A stretch of 64,000 nucleotides of DNA from Octopus bimaculoides (taxonomy: Eukaryota). Shown one piece after another: positions 53,430 to 64,000 of this stretch; the stretch's first letter is position 1; every line of letters starts with the position of its first letter. The stretch spans positions 16,692,540 through 16,756,539 of the forward strand of contig NC_068992.1 in the NCBI RefSeq assembly GCF_001194135.2. Reading direction: 5' to 3'. The notes beneath the pieces are model-generated. The model saw only the letters and a program-made list of their open reading frames with translations. It made no database searches and was not told where the DNA came from. The position numbers and the translations under genes were made by a program.

Positions 53430-53617
53430 CTTTTCTTCGTTGTCTATTTCGTAGAAAGGATCTTTGTTGTATAATAACTCCCACATAAATACACCAAATG
53501 AATAAACATCAGATGCCGTGGAAAAGCAGCGATCTTCTTCTCTGGCTCTGGGATTGCGAAGAACTTCCGGCGCAGTCCACCGTACAGAAGGAGCGCATGC
53601 GCTGAGATGCTTTTGAC
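53430..53617 (-). CDS. Protein-kinase-domain gene (TK/TKL-like or guanylyl-cyclase-type kinase homology domain), exon with subdomains VIII-IX
   Basis: Acceptor gtgttttcttaaAG|GT and donor AAG|GTATGT, 188 bp, phase 1 in and phase 0 out. It reads (x)QKHLSACAPSVRWTAPEVLRNPRAREEDRCFSTASDVYSFGVFMWELLYNKDPFYEIDNEEK, with APE and DVYSFG motifs. Confidence 0.95.
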
Positions 53618-54661
53618 CTTTAAGAAAACACGAACAACAGAAATGAAATATCGTTACAAGTATTCGGCAAATAGAAATTTACACAAACATACAATCGTAG
53701 ACATACGCACACACATAAACATACATATACACATTTATATGCATATGCGTATATATATATTTTGTGCGAGCGTGAATATATATTTATATATAGAGATTTG
53801 TACACACACTCACAGACACACATATATATATAAGAATATGGGTATTAATGTGTGTGAGTGTGTGGTGGGGCGAACTGGCACAGTAATGAGAGTGTACAAT
53901 ACAACGCCTAGTGGTATTTGTTTCTACTTGCTAGAGTCAAATCCTGCTGAATTCAATATTTCCATCCTCTCGGGGACAATAGTGTAATGCCACCCGAAAA
54001 TATGGTGAACAGAAAATATGGTGAGAAACATTGCTTTATCAGTTTGGCTCTGTATTCTCAGGCAGAAACATCTGTAACGTCAGAGGTTCAGAGGTGTATC
54101 GCTCCTTTGTGGTCTTTACTTTGGATCAATATTTATTTCGTGCAATTGCTGGGGCAATTGCCACTTTTCCACACACACAGTTTTGCCAAAACCTGCACTG
54201 TCACCAATGAGTATTCCACTTTTTCTCCCCCACCTCTCTCTCTCTGTAGACGTGTGTGTGTATTCGTTTGATCTATGCATCAAACGAAATATTACTGCAA
54301 AATAGTAATGTGTTTACCATACTTAATGCAGGTACATTAGGGAATGCACGTTAACTGTTATATTCGTCCTGAGATACTATCTCCTATAGACGTAGAGTGT
54401 CAAACAGCACAAAGGTATATCAGTAACATCAGCGAAAGCATGGCATGCCTAATTGCGCGTCTCTGCCTATTTGATGCTGGTCAGTAAATAGTAACCACTA
54501 ACATCTGCATGTTACGACAAAAACTTCCATCGTCACTGATTTAGAAAAACATTGACATTACTTACAAGCACAATCCTCTTTGTTGCACTCTTCCCGCAAA
54601 GGCTGTAGGAGTTTTGTTATTCCAAAATCTGCAACCTACAATTAGTAATATCATAATCTTC

Positions 54662-54676
54662 GTAATAATAATAATG

Positions 54677-54771
<95 letters not shown>

Positions 54772-54826
54772 TATAGTTATAATATTAATAATAATAATAG
54801 TTATAATAATAATAATAATGATAATA

Positions 54827-54862
<36 letters not shown>
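54662..54862 (+). repeat. About 200-bp (TAA)n microsatellite
   Basis: Read directly from the sequence. Confidence 0.95.
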
Positions 54863-54864
<2 letters not shown>

Positions 54865-56599
54865 TGCTACTAGAACCATGCTGGATGCTTATTTATTTAC
54901 TACCAAGAGAGTCCCAATGAAAACTCTGTAAGGTATGATCATAATATAATACAAAAAATAAATCTAAAAAATAAATGACAAGCCTCGGCAACTTTTAATT
55001 TACTTCATTGCTGTGTCTTAAATGTAGAATTTAACTATTGAAAAGGTTGCAAGAGGCAACGAAAATTTCAGAAAGATAAATAAGTAAATGAGTGGAAATT
55101 TAACAGTGAGTGTGTTAAGTTATAAGGCACTAAAAGTGAATGACTCTACCCAGACACAACAGAATATGATTCAGCAGACGAACTCACTTAAAGAATCTTG
55201 CAAACCAAATCCCAAAACGAAATGAACGTAATTGTCCCATCCTCAAACTTAATTAATTTCTCGAAAATAACTTTTTATCCAACGAGGTAAATTCTCATTC
55301 CTCCTTCTGTAATTTATTCCTCGCTCTTTCTTCCGCCCTATCCGTCCTCCTCCTCCCCTCATCTCACTCCCTCTCTGCAAATCACAANNNNNNNNNNNNN
55401 NNNNNNNNNNNNNNNNNNNNNNNNNNNNNNNNNNNNNNNNNNNNNNNNNNNNNNNNNNNNNNNNNNNNNNNNNNNNNNNNNNNNNNNNNNNNNNNNNNNN
55501 NNNNNNNNNNNNNNNNNNNNNNNNNNNNNNNNNNNNNNNNNNNNNNNNNNNNNNNNNNNNNNNNNNNNNNNNNNNNNNNNNNNNNNNNNNNNNNNNNNNN
55601 NNNNNNNNNNNNNNNNNNNNNNNNNNNNNNNNNNNNNNNNNNNNNNNNNNNNNNNNNNNNNNNNNNNNNNNNNNNNNNNNNNNNNNNNNNNNNNNNNNNN
55701 NNNNNNNNNNNNNNNNNNNNNNNNNNNNNNNNNNNNNNNNNNNNNNNNNNNNNNNNNNNNNNNNNNNNNNNNNNNNNNNNNNNNNNNNNNNNNNNNNNNN
55801 NNNNNNNNNNNNNNNNNNNNNNNNNNNNNNNNNNNNNNNNNNNNNNNNNNNNNNNNNNNNNNNNNNNNNNNNNNNNNNNNNNNNNNNNNNNNNNNNNNNN
55901 NNNNNNNNNNNNNNNNNNNNNNNNNNNNNNNNNNNNNNNNNNNNNNNNNNNNNNNNNNNNNNNNNTGGGGATTACTGCAGATGTATACGCCGGGGACATT
56001 GTTATTTCATAGCATCCAGTAAATGGATACTTTTTAACGAAATATTCTACAAATACTGTCTAAATGTTGTGGCTCGGTGTATATAGGGATTTATAGGAAA
56101 ACCTTCCCAAAGGAGTGGAGAGGGGAGTTTCAGAAAATTCACGTGGTTCGACTTTTTTTTACCTCATAACTTTAAGGAAAATGGGTATCTTTTAATGAAA
56201 GTTTACACAAATACCCTTCAAACGAAATAGATTACGATTATAAAGAAATTTGTGGGGAAAATTTCTTTCCTTGGGGTGGAGAGAGGAGTTTCGGTAAGAC
56301 GGTGTTTCGGATCAGGAAGACCGAATAAGTTATAACTACTCTGTTCTGACGGGGATTTTCCCCATTTTTTTAAACTTCATCCTTCGAAATGATGGGGTGG
56401 GGGCATCTTTGTATGAAAAAAATTTGAAACTTTTGTTTTTACAAACCCCCTCCCTCATCATCCCACTCCGTACCTATTCTGGTCATTTTCTTTTTTCACT
56501 TCAAAACTATGGAGGTGTCTTTTCCGTAAAATAATTTTTAAAAATGTTAATATTTTCAGAGGGAAAGGTGAGTGATTTGAGGGAGATTTGGCTGTTGTT

Positions 56600-57846
56600 T
56601 CTAGCACATACCAAGACAACGTTCCTTTTGTGGAGTGTTACTTCCAGAATGATTGAAGAATGTTACTACCGGAGCACACCATGGGGATGAGAATGGTGTG
56701 CCTGTCAGAGGGTACAATGAACGAATGCACAGTGCATAGAAGGCAATTGAGCTGTTTGAAATTACTGAAGAGAGATTACGTGACCAAGCAAGAGCAATAT
56801 GAAAGAAAGGATAATTAACAAAATTGGAGCTAGAAGCTATTAAGAGAAGGCTATCGAGTGAGGTTTGGCATGCGAGAAATGAAAGTGATATAGTGGAAGA
56901 GATGGACAATTGTTCACAAGAATATACTACCGTGAATTGTGAAAGAATTGAGATCAGTGACTACTCAAACAATGAAGATCGATTAATAATAGACATGATT
57001 TTGTATCTATTAAATACAGAAGGGACAGAATTTATATGCGACTTTAAGTAGGCTAACGAATGGAGGCTAAATCTAGAGACAAGTAAAGTCAATAATTTCT
57101 TGAGACACATTGAAACAAAGGACATCACACAAACACATAATCTTATCAAGGCTGCTAGTAGGATTGTGGCAGAAAGGATGGAATTGAGAACTACTGAAAA
57201 CAGAACAGCGACGGATAGAAGAGGAAATAAACAACCTTGGTGGAAAGGGAGAATTTCAGAAGATATAAACTCATTGAACAAACAGCTTAGTGGCAATACT
57301 TGTCAGGATAAGAAATGGAGAACTTAAGAATAAATGGAAATTCGAAAAAGTTAGGAAGAAGTGTGATGTAGATATAAAAGGCTTAACATTATAATTGAAG
57401 AATTGAAGCAGCAGATACTTGCACAAAAAGCAAAGCCAACTAGGGGATAGAATTACCAAATAGAGATTGATTAAGCAATTTGAAACGGAAGGATACAAAT
57501 ACCTTGGTTTACTAACGTTCAACGAGATAATGGAAAAGGAAATGAAAGAGCAACTGAGGGTGGCGTATTTCGGAAGACTAAGGTTGGTATTGCGCTCAAT
57601 ATTGACTGCATAGAATAAAATCCAAGGAGTTGATACGTAGGCGATAGTATCACTACGGTATGGACGGGAATTTTAAAATGGCAAAAGAGAGAAATGAAGA
57701 AAATGAATACCAAGACAAGAAAAATTTGACAGCACACTGAGCCTTCCACACTAAGAGTGACAGCAATAGGCTATACTTGTCCAGAAGAAAGGGTGGAAGA
57801 GGTTTGATCAGTTGCCAGGACTATATCGAAGCAGAGTAAAACGGCT
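56600..57846 (+). mobile_element. R4/Dong-type LINE with a large internal deletion (N-terminal region fused to the end of RT and post-RT region)
   Basis: The N-terminal part reads RGYNERMH..LFEITEERLRDQARAI..LTKLELEAIKRR..SKVNNFLRHIETKDITQTHNLIKAAS..KQPWWKGRISEDI..IIEELKQQILA. From about 57440 it reads EGYKYLG..EKEMKEQLR..GILKWQKREMKKMNTKTRKNLT..FHTKSDSNRLYLSRRKGGRGLIS..E*NGLAWY. Confidence 0.85.
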
Positions 57847-57914
57847 TAGCATGGTATATATATTAGCATGGTATATATATTAGCATGGTATATATATTAG
57901 CATGGTATATATAT
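57847..57914 (+). repeat. Tandem repeat, 4 exact copies of 17 bp (TAGCATGGTATATATAT)
   Basis: Read directly. The unit derives from the LINE codons for LAWYI. Confidence 0.95.
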
Positions 57915-59182
57915 TGTTGAAACATAGAAAGAAGACCGGCGTCATCAAAACTGAAAATTGTGCAATGAATTTCTCACTTGTAGGAATTAGCAGTGATATA
58001 TTGATAGAAATGCTAAGTTGATTGAGAATGAAGAGTACACCAAATTGATTGAGGAAGAGAGTACAGAAATTTTGGTGAACGCATTAATAACAATTGTTGA
58101 TAAATGCATCGCATATCTTCTGCATTCGGTTACAAAAAAAAAAAACATGAGACGTGTAATCTTCTGTATCAAAGTGTTATGTGTATTTGTTCTGTGCACT
58201 ATTTTTTCGTCTCTGTTATGGTTTTGCTCCGCCCAAATAATCAAACACGCTACAACTAAGTTTTACTCCTCTCAAAATAAAAATTCGATTTATTAAATTT
58301 TGAAAGACTGGAAATTATTCTTTTCATGAAACAGTTACATAATTTAGAAATTATACGGTATCAGTTTTCCATATTTCTGGATGGTTAATTTTAACTCGGT
58401 TACGCTCCAGATGTTGAATCTCTAGTGACAGGAGAATTACAGAAAGGCCAACCATGGATGCGTATAAGAGCCTCCTTCAAAGTCTGAACAAGAAGATATG
58501 AACTGACGTTAGAGACAGTTCAATGGCTGGCAGCTATGTATGCTGTGACATGACCCGTGCTTCTACAATCATCCCTATCATTATATTCATTGAATGATTA
58601 GGATATTTGGAAGCGATAAGAAAAAGGCCTGAAAAATGTGTCCAACAGTTGAAGATGATTGTGAACTCTATGATCGACGTAGATATGATATTACATTTCT
58701 TCAAATGCAGACTAACATTATGAATTATACATGACTGCTGGCGCTTAAGCAAATATTTAGAAATTTTATTGTGTATTTATAGGGAATTTTATGCGTTTTC
58801 ATGTTTATATATTTGCTAAGATATTTTCCTCATTTCTGTATTTTGTATGACTAACACACATTAATATACATGGATATAAGACTGTTGATGCCAAGATAGT
58901 GCTTATCATCTTGCGATAGATCTGTTTGAAACATATTTCTTGTTAAACAAACTTAATATACTAGAAACTACATAATCTATACTGTACACATATCAAAATA
59001 TACGTACCAGTTTGGATTCGTGATTTTGAAAATATGAACCCGATCGTCAACAGAGAAAGGGACGTCCTATGGTAACAATTATTTATTTTATTGAAGGAGA
59101 GTTTTAGCTGTCATTCATGAGAGAAGCGGAATATATCACAATATGCTGACAAAAGCTTTTTGTTTTTTGTTTTTTTTAAATA

Positions 59183-59407
59183 CAGTAATCCCTCGCCATA
59201 TCGCGGTACACTTATCGCGGTTTATTATTATTTAAGCTTACGTCGATTCCTCTGTGGTGTTGTTTTGCATTTAGAATAAAATAAAAATTTACAAATTGTA
59301 AAATTAATTAAAATATATATATAGTACAATACTGTTTCTGCTTCGCGGATTTTCACGTATCGTGGGAGGTTTGAAAGGTAACACACGTGATAGTCCGGGG
59401 ATTACTG
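59183..59407. mobile_element. Tigger/pogo-like MITE (225 bp)
   Basis: TA|CAGTAATCCCTCGCCATATCGCG ... CGTGATAGTCCGGGGATTACTG|TA: imperfect TIRs of about 22 bp with TA duplication at 59181-82 and 59408-09. Confidence 0.85.
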
Positions 59408-59870
59408 TATTCACATTCTAAATATTTTTTGCTAATTAAATATGAATGAAATAACGTTAAAAATATTAAATTTCGATAATGATTGGAACGAAATTAAGGT
59501 ACATCTTGCGATATATATAGTGTATTACCCTAATAAAATAAGAATGATGACGTATTTGCTGTAACATTAACAACCTCTATTTTAAGAGCATCATTATGAT
59601 AATATCATTCGTTTAAGATAGAACATTCTCTGTATTACAAGATCTCACTTTCACATTTTTCTCAAGAAAGTTGATAACTTTTAATGTTACTACGTTTACA
59701 TGAATTCTCCGAGAGACAAAGTCAGTATGCATGTATTACATATATTTTGCATGAGGTTGTTTGATTTATTGCGTTTCAAATTTTTACGAATAAATGTTTA
59801 TTAGAGAAGTGTGCTCATACTAACTCTCTTCCTCTATCAAACATTGTGTATGTAGTAGACACGGACGGTT

Positions 59871-61228
59871 GACACCGCGAAATCTGGGTCTTACTCGGTG
59901 ATTTATTTTAACATCTGTATAAATTATGAATATTTTTCGTATGAAAGTGCGATTCTATCATGTTTCCATATTTGATCCAATATATGCTGATACATAACCA
60001 CACTGCATCAAAACACACGCTAACAACTTATGAGAAATCTATGTTGCTAGCAAGACGTTTAATTAGCCCAATTATTCTATTAATATTCAGTTTAACTATC
60101 AAGAAATTTGCTATATTTTAAGAGAAATTTCTTTAAAGGTTATTTCTATCGTCCTTAATGTCAGCGAATCAATAACAAAACGAAGCCGTCATTTAAGAGG
60201 CAAACTGGAATATACTTCCAATAACTGAATACAGATCGCATATATTTACAATGGAATCTCGATCGTTCGCTGGGAATTATTGATACGATCAATTTGAACA
60301 TATCGGTGACAATATTAAGCATCATGGGATTTCCTATCATCCAGAAATGTGATATCACTTAATATTATTCCTAGCATAAAAATCGTGACCATAACATGAC
60401 ACAATGTATAATATAACCGTAGCGTGATTTTATATTTCTTCCCATAACCTGTCTGTTCTGTTTGCATGAACTCTATGGATTGTTCATTTGCATTTAATGC
60501 AGGAGCTACTCGATTTAAGGGGACACTGAATCATGCATTTAAAATATACAAAACTGTATCGATGGATCGCGTTGTTTGAAGCGATTTCCGAATATTTACA
60601 AATCCCTTTTGCATTCTCCTGACCTGTACGTGTGGAGCCAACTCTTGTTTACATGCTTAGGCTTTTATGTAAATATGAGATTACTTATTTTTTTCTATGT
60701 TCAGAATTCTAGACGTATCTTTAGGGAATTTCTCTTAAAATGTAGAAAGATTCTTCTTATCTAAATTGAATGGTAATATAGTAATTGAGCTAAGGCAGCG
60801 AGGTGGTAGAATCATTAGCACGCCGGGAAAAATGCTTCGTGGCATTTCGTCCTTCTCTACTTTGTGAGTTCTAATACTGCCGAGGTCGATGTTTGCCTTT
60901 CATCCTTTTGGGGTCGATGAAACAATTACCAGTTGATTACTGGGCTCGATTTAATCATCGACGTACACCTTCCCCCGAATTTGTTTTCCTTACGTAAAAT
61001 TCGAAACCAACATAATAATTGAGCCAATTCGATGTTTTGCCAGGGACATACTTTTCTCATTATACGTTGTTAGCGTGTGTTTTGACGTAATTTGGTTGTG
61101 TATCAATATATGTTAAATTAAATACGGAAACATGTTAGAGTCACACATTCATACGGATGAACATATATCCATAATTTATACGGATGTTAAAATAAATAAC
61201 AGAATGAGAATCTAGTCTTTGAGGTGTC
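59871..61228. repeat. Long imperfect inverted repeat (arms about 275 bp; fold-back element or inverted copies)
   Basis: The left arm 59871-60145 aligns by eye to the reverse complement of about 60715-60790 plus 61025-61228. Shared blocks include ATTTATTTTAACATC(T/C)GTATAAATTATG, CATGTTTCC(A/G)TATTT, TCAAAACACACGCTAACAAC and ATTTTAAGAGAAATT. Confidence 0.85.
60791..61015 (+). mobile_element. SINE family A, full length, with a 9-bp target-site duplication
   Basis: The head is AGGCAGCGAGGTGGTAGAATCATTAGCACGCCGGG..GAGTTCTAATACTGCC. The TSD TAATTGAGC lies at 60782-60790 and 61016-61024. Confidence 0.88.
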
Positions 61229-62615
61229 CATGAATTATATTCAAAATGTTGAATAGAGAAAGCTTTATTATTATTACAAAGACATCTCCTATTTCATCAA
61301 TTAGTATCGGTAACAACTACTGTATTACCTTAACAACATAGTTTATTTTTTATTTCCTTACATACATATTTACAGAATTGCAGCTACAGAATGCAAATAT
61401 TAAAAGAAATGAAAGCAAACATTTCCCACTGACTGGCATTTTCTGACGCTGAATTTTACACCTGAAAAATTTCTGAGTCCTTATGTTTAAAAATATATAA
61501 ACTTGTCCAACGTTATTATTGCTTATACTGTATTGTCACATTGTTGATTTTGTTTACAAGGCACGCCATCTTTATTTACTACATATATATATGTTTGATC
61601 TTATATATCTACCAAATATTAGTTCACTTAATCTTTTCATGTAGCCTAAGTTTTCATACCCATTTTCATGTTTACTTCTCCTGCAAATTAATTCACTTAT
61701 CTAGATCTTTTTCTTAACTTCCCAACATGTTTGAAATAATCCTTTCATCTCCGAGTCGTCTGATTCATCTATTAGCTGATTAGCTATTTGTTTTCTGTGA
61801 AGTTTCATAAACATTCAGTTTTCTTTTTCTAATTTAGCCTCAGCATATACCGCTCTACATATGAATATTCTATAGTGTAGTCATTTGAAGTGAGAAACAC
61901 ATTCGAGAGCATCTCAAGTAGCAGTATTGTAATGCAACGTTGACTTCCAGTTGAAGCTAGTTCATTGCGATTCATAAAATAAAAGCCATAGCTTGAAATT
62001 TCAAACTCATCACACTCATCTTCACTCTCCAAACGAAGAAACTTTGCCAGTACGCATAACAGTTTTAATATGCTGTTAAATCCTTGCCTAATTGATTATG
62101 AAATTTTGAGGATTTAGTGATTCACTCTCTACTCTTGAATCATACCGTTACTCTGAATACTGTAACGTCAGTGAAGAAATCTCTGCTTGCTCAAATTAAT
62201 TAACTCACTGTTCCATCTACTAATTAGTAGAGTTGTTAGGATGTCGCATAGATAGCCTTGTCGTATTTCTTTCACATCCCAACGCTTGGTAATCAAATCC
62301 TGCCATGACCAACTTTGCTTTTCATTTCTCAGTATAAATAAACACCTGTCAATTGGTCCTACTTTTTTTTAGATTGAAAAATATAAGAGAAACTCGTACN
62401 NNNNNNNNNNNNNNNNNNNNNNNNNNNNNNNNNNNNNNNNNNNNNNNNNNNNNNNNNNNNNNNNNNNNNNNNNNNNNNNNNNNNNNNNNNNNNNNNNNNN
62501 NNNNNNNNNNNNNNNNNNNNNNNNNNNNNNNNNNNNNNNNNNNNNNNNNNNNNNNNNNNNNNNNNNNNNNNNNNNNNNNNNNNNNNNNNNNNNNNNNNNN
62601 NNNNNNNNNNNNNNN

Positions 62616-62656
<41 letters not shown>

Positions 62657-62659
62657 ACA

Positions 62660-62810
62660 ACACACAGGCTTCCATGCAGTTTCTGACATCAAATTCACTC
62701 ACAAAAATTAATTAGACCGCGGTTGTAGTAGGAGTCACTTGCTCCAAGTGATGCGTCAAAAGTTACATGGTTGCAGACCAACCAGTCATTTAGTCAGATA
62801 ATTTTACTTT
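62660..62810 (-). mobile_element. SINE family C copy, diverged
   Basis: Contains GGCTTCCATGCAGTTTCTG..AAATTCACTCACAA..TAGTAGGAGTCACTTGCTCCAAG..ACATGGTTGC. Confidence 0.65.
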
Positions 62811-62867
62811 CACCTGCTCAAAGATGATTTGAATGCTATGTTTCCAGATACATTTGTTTACTAAGCA

Positions 62868-63072
62868 TTATATTGGTTTCAAATGTTGGCACAACGCCAG
62901 CAATTCTGGGGTAATCTACTCCAGTTCTAAGCTGCTACATATTTTATGGACCTTGAAATGATGGAAAGCAATGTCAGTCTCGATAGAATCTGAACTCAAA
63001 ATGTAAAGGGGGACGAAATACCGCTAAGCATTTTGCCCAAAGTGCTAACGATTTTGCTAGCTCGCCACTTTT
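62868..63072 (-). mobile_element. SINE family A copy
   Basis: Contains GGTTTCAAATGTTGGCACAA..GAAATGATGGAAAGCAATGTC..GAACTCAAAATGTAAAG..GACGAAATACCGCTAAGCATTTTGCCC..GCTAACGATTTTGCTAGCTCGCC. Confidence 0.8.
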
Positions 63073-64000
63073 GCCAAGCATTACATTAGCAGTACGTTCA
63101 CAGTCCCAGGCAAAATATAAGTTTGTAACTATTGACAGATTCATCATTGCATTGAGAGTCCAAAAGTCTAGTGACTTGATATGGTGACTACGCGCTGTCA
63201 TCAGCAGGATAGACTACCACATTATCGTTTGATAAGTTGACGCATTGTTGGCAACGGCGTCTACAGAATCCACCATAACATAACTCAGACGAAACAATGG
63301 AGGAAGTAGAAAAGATATTTGAGTTGTGTTATGGACGAAAACTTTGCTTATCTAAAAAGATATTTATATACTTATATTTAGGCTGTCAAGATCTTATTAA
63401 ATCGAAGCCATTTCCACAATAATTCTTTTCTAAGGTCAGTCAACCTTTCTAATAAACAATGATGGATTATCAATCAGAATCATGCGAGACGTGATCGAAT
63501 AGAGTGAATGATTGGCAAGTATCTCCAATACAGGCATTACATTAGGTTACACCAGATCTCACATATTCAATTAAGACTATGTATGTCAATTCATAAGGCT
63601 CATATAACCGTAAAGCTGTGTGAGATGGGGCAAATTCACGTCCATATTCGGAGACATTAGACTAATCGAATTTCCCATGTCCATACACGCGAAGTTATGC
63701 ATAGACACGCACATAAACATTGAGGTAAATAAACATATATACATACATATATATATATATANNNNNNNNNNNNNNNNNNNNNNNNNNNNNNNNNNNNNNN
63801 NNNNNNNNNNNNNNNNNNNNNNNNNNNNNNNNNNNNNNNNNNNNNNNNNNNNNNNNNNNNNNNNNNNNNNNNNNNNNNNNNNNNNNNNNNNNNNNNNNNN
63901 NNNNNNNNNNNNNNNNNNNNNNNNNNNNNNNNNNNNNNNNNNNNNNNNNNNNNNNNNNNNNNNNNNNNNNNNNNNNNNNNNNNNNNNNNNNNNNNNNATA

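Noticed and set aside
34899-53617. Naming the kinase gene as a receptor guanylyl cyclase (NPR/GC)
   Set aside because: An in-phase terminal exon stops 36 aa after the kinase domain, and I found no cyclase motifs downstream. The family is left unassigned.
56030-56560. G/C-run-rich block resembling a Helitron-like non-autonomous repeat
   Set aside because: There are no termini, TIRs or second copy in the window to support a call.
57847-57914. CRISPR-like array
   Set aside because: The repeats are head-to-tail with no spacers, in eukaryotic context. This is a simple minisatellite.
60791-60880. tRNA gene, suggested by A- and B-box-like motifs
   Set aside because: It is the head of a multi-copy SINE with a TSD and forms no cloverleaf.
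61829-62032. Acidic ORF (ESEDECDEFEISS..) as an upstream kinase exon or piggyBac N-terminus
   Set aside because: It has no kinase motifs, no convincing splice sites and no transposase motifs.

Overview
This is AT-rich, repeat-dense eukaryotic genomic DNA from a draft scaffold: 17 N-gaps total about 6.5 kb, and most are bordered by microsatellites. The microsatellite load and the recurrent SINE families suggest a cephalopod, probably Octopus; this is an inference. The only host gene I can support is the 3' end of a minus-strand protein-kinase-domain gene. Three phase-compatible GT-AG exons (53617-53430, 39763-39635, 35009-34899) splice into kinase subdomains VIII-XI plus a 36-aa tail, and the upstream exons are not visible. 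The rest is decayed mobile DNA: a Penelope-like element (GIY-YIG), R4/Dong-type RLE LINEs (two stacked in a TAA microsatellite), RTE-type and L1/Tx1-like LINE relics, three mariner relics, a Tigger-like MITE and more than 20 SINE copies. The most interesting non-coding structures are three. First, a near-canonical minimal hammerhead ribozyme overlaps a perfect 33-bp inverted repeat in a kinase intron (51540-51662). Second, a hammerhead with a disrupted core lies downstream of the kinase stop codon (33891-33946). Third, an intronic fold-back with arms of about 275 bp has a SINE with a clear TSD inserted in one arm (59871-61228). Repeat boundaries are estimated by eye and no database searches were run.
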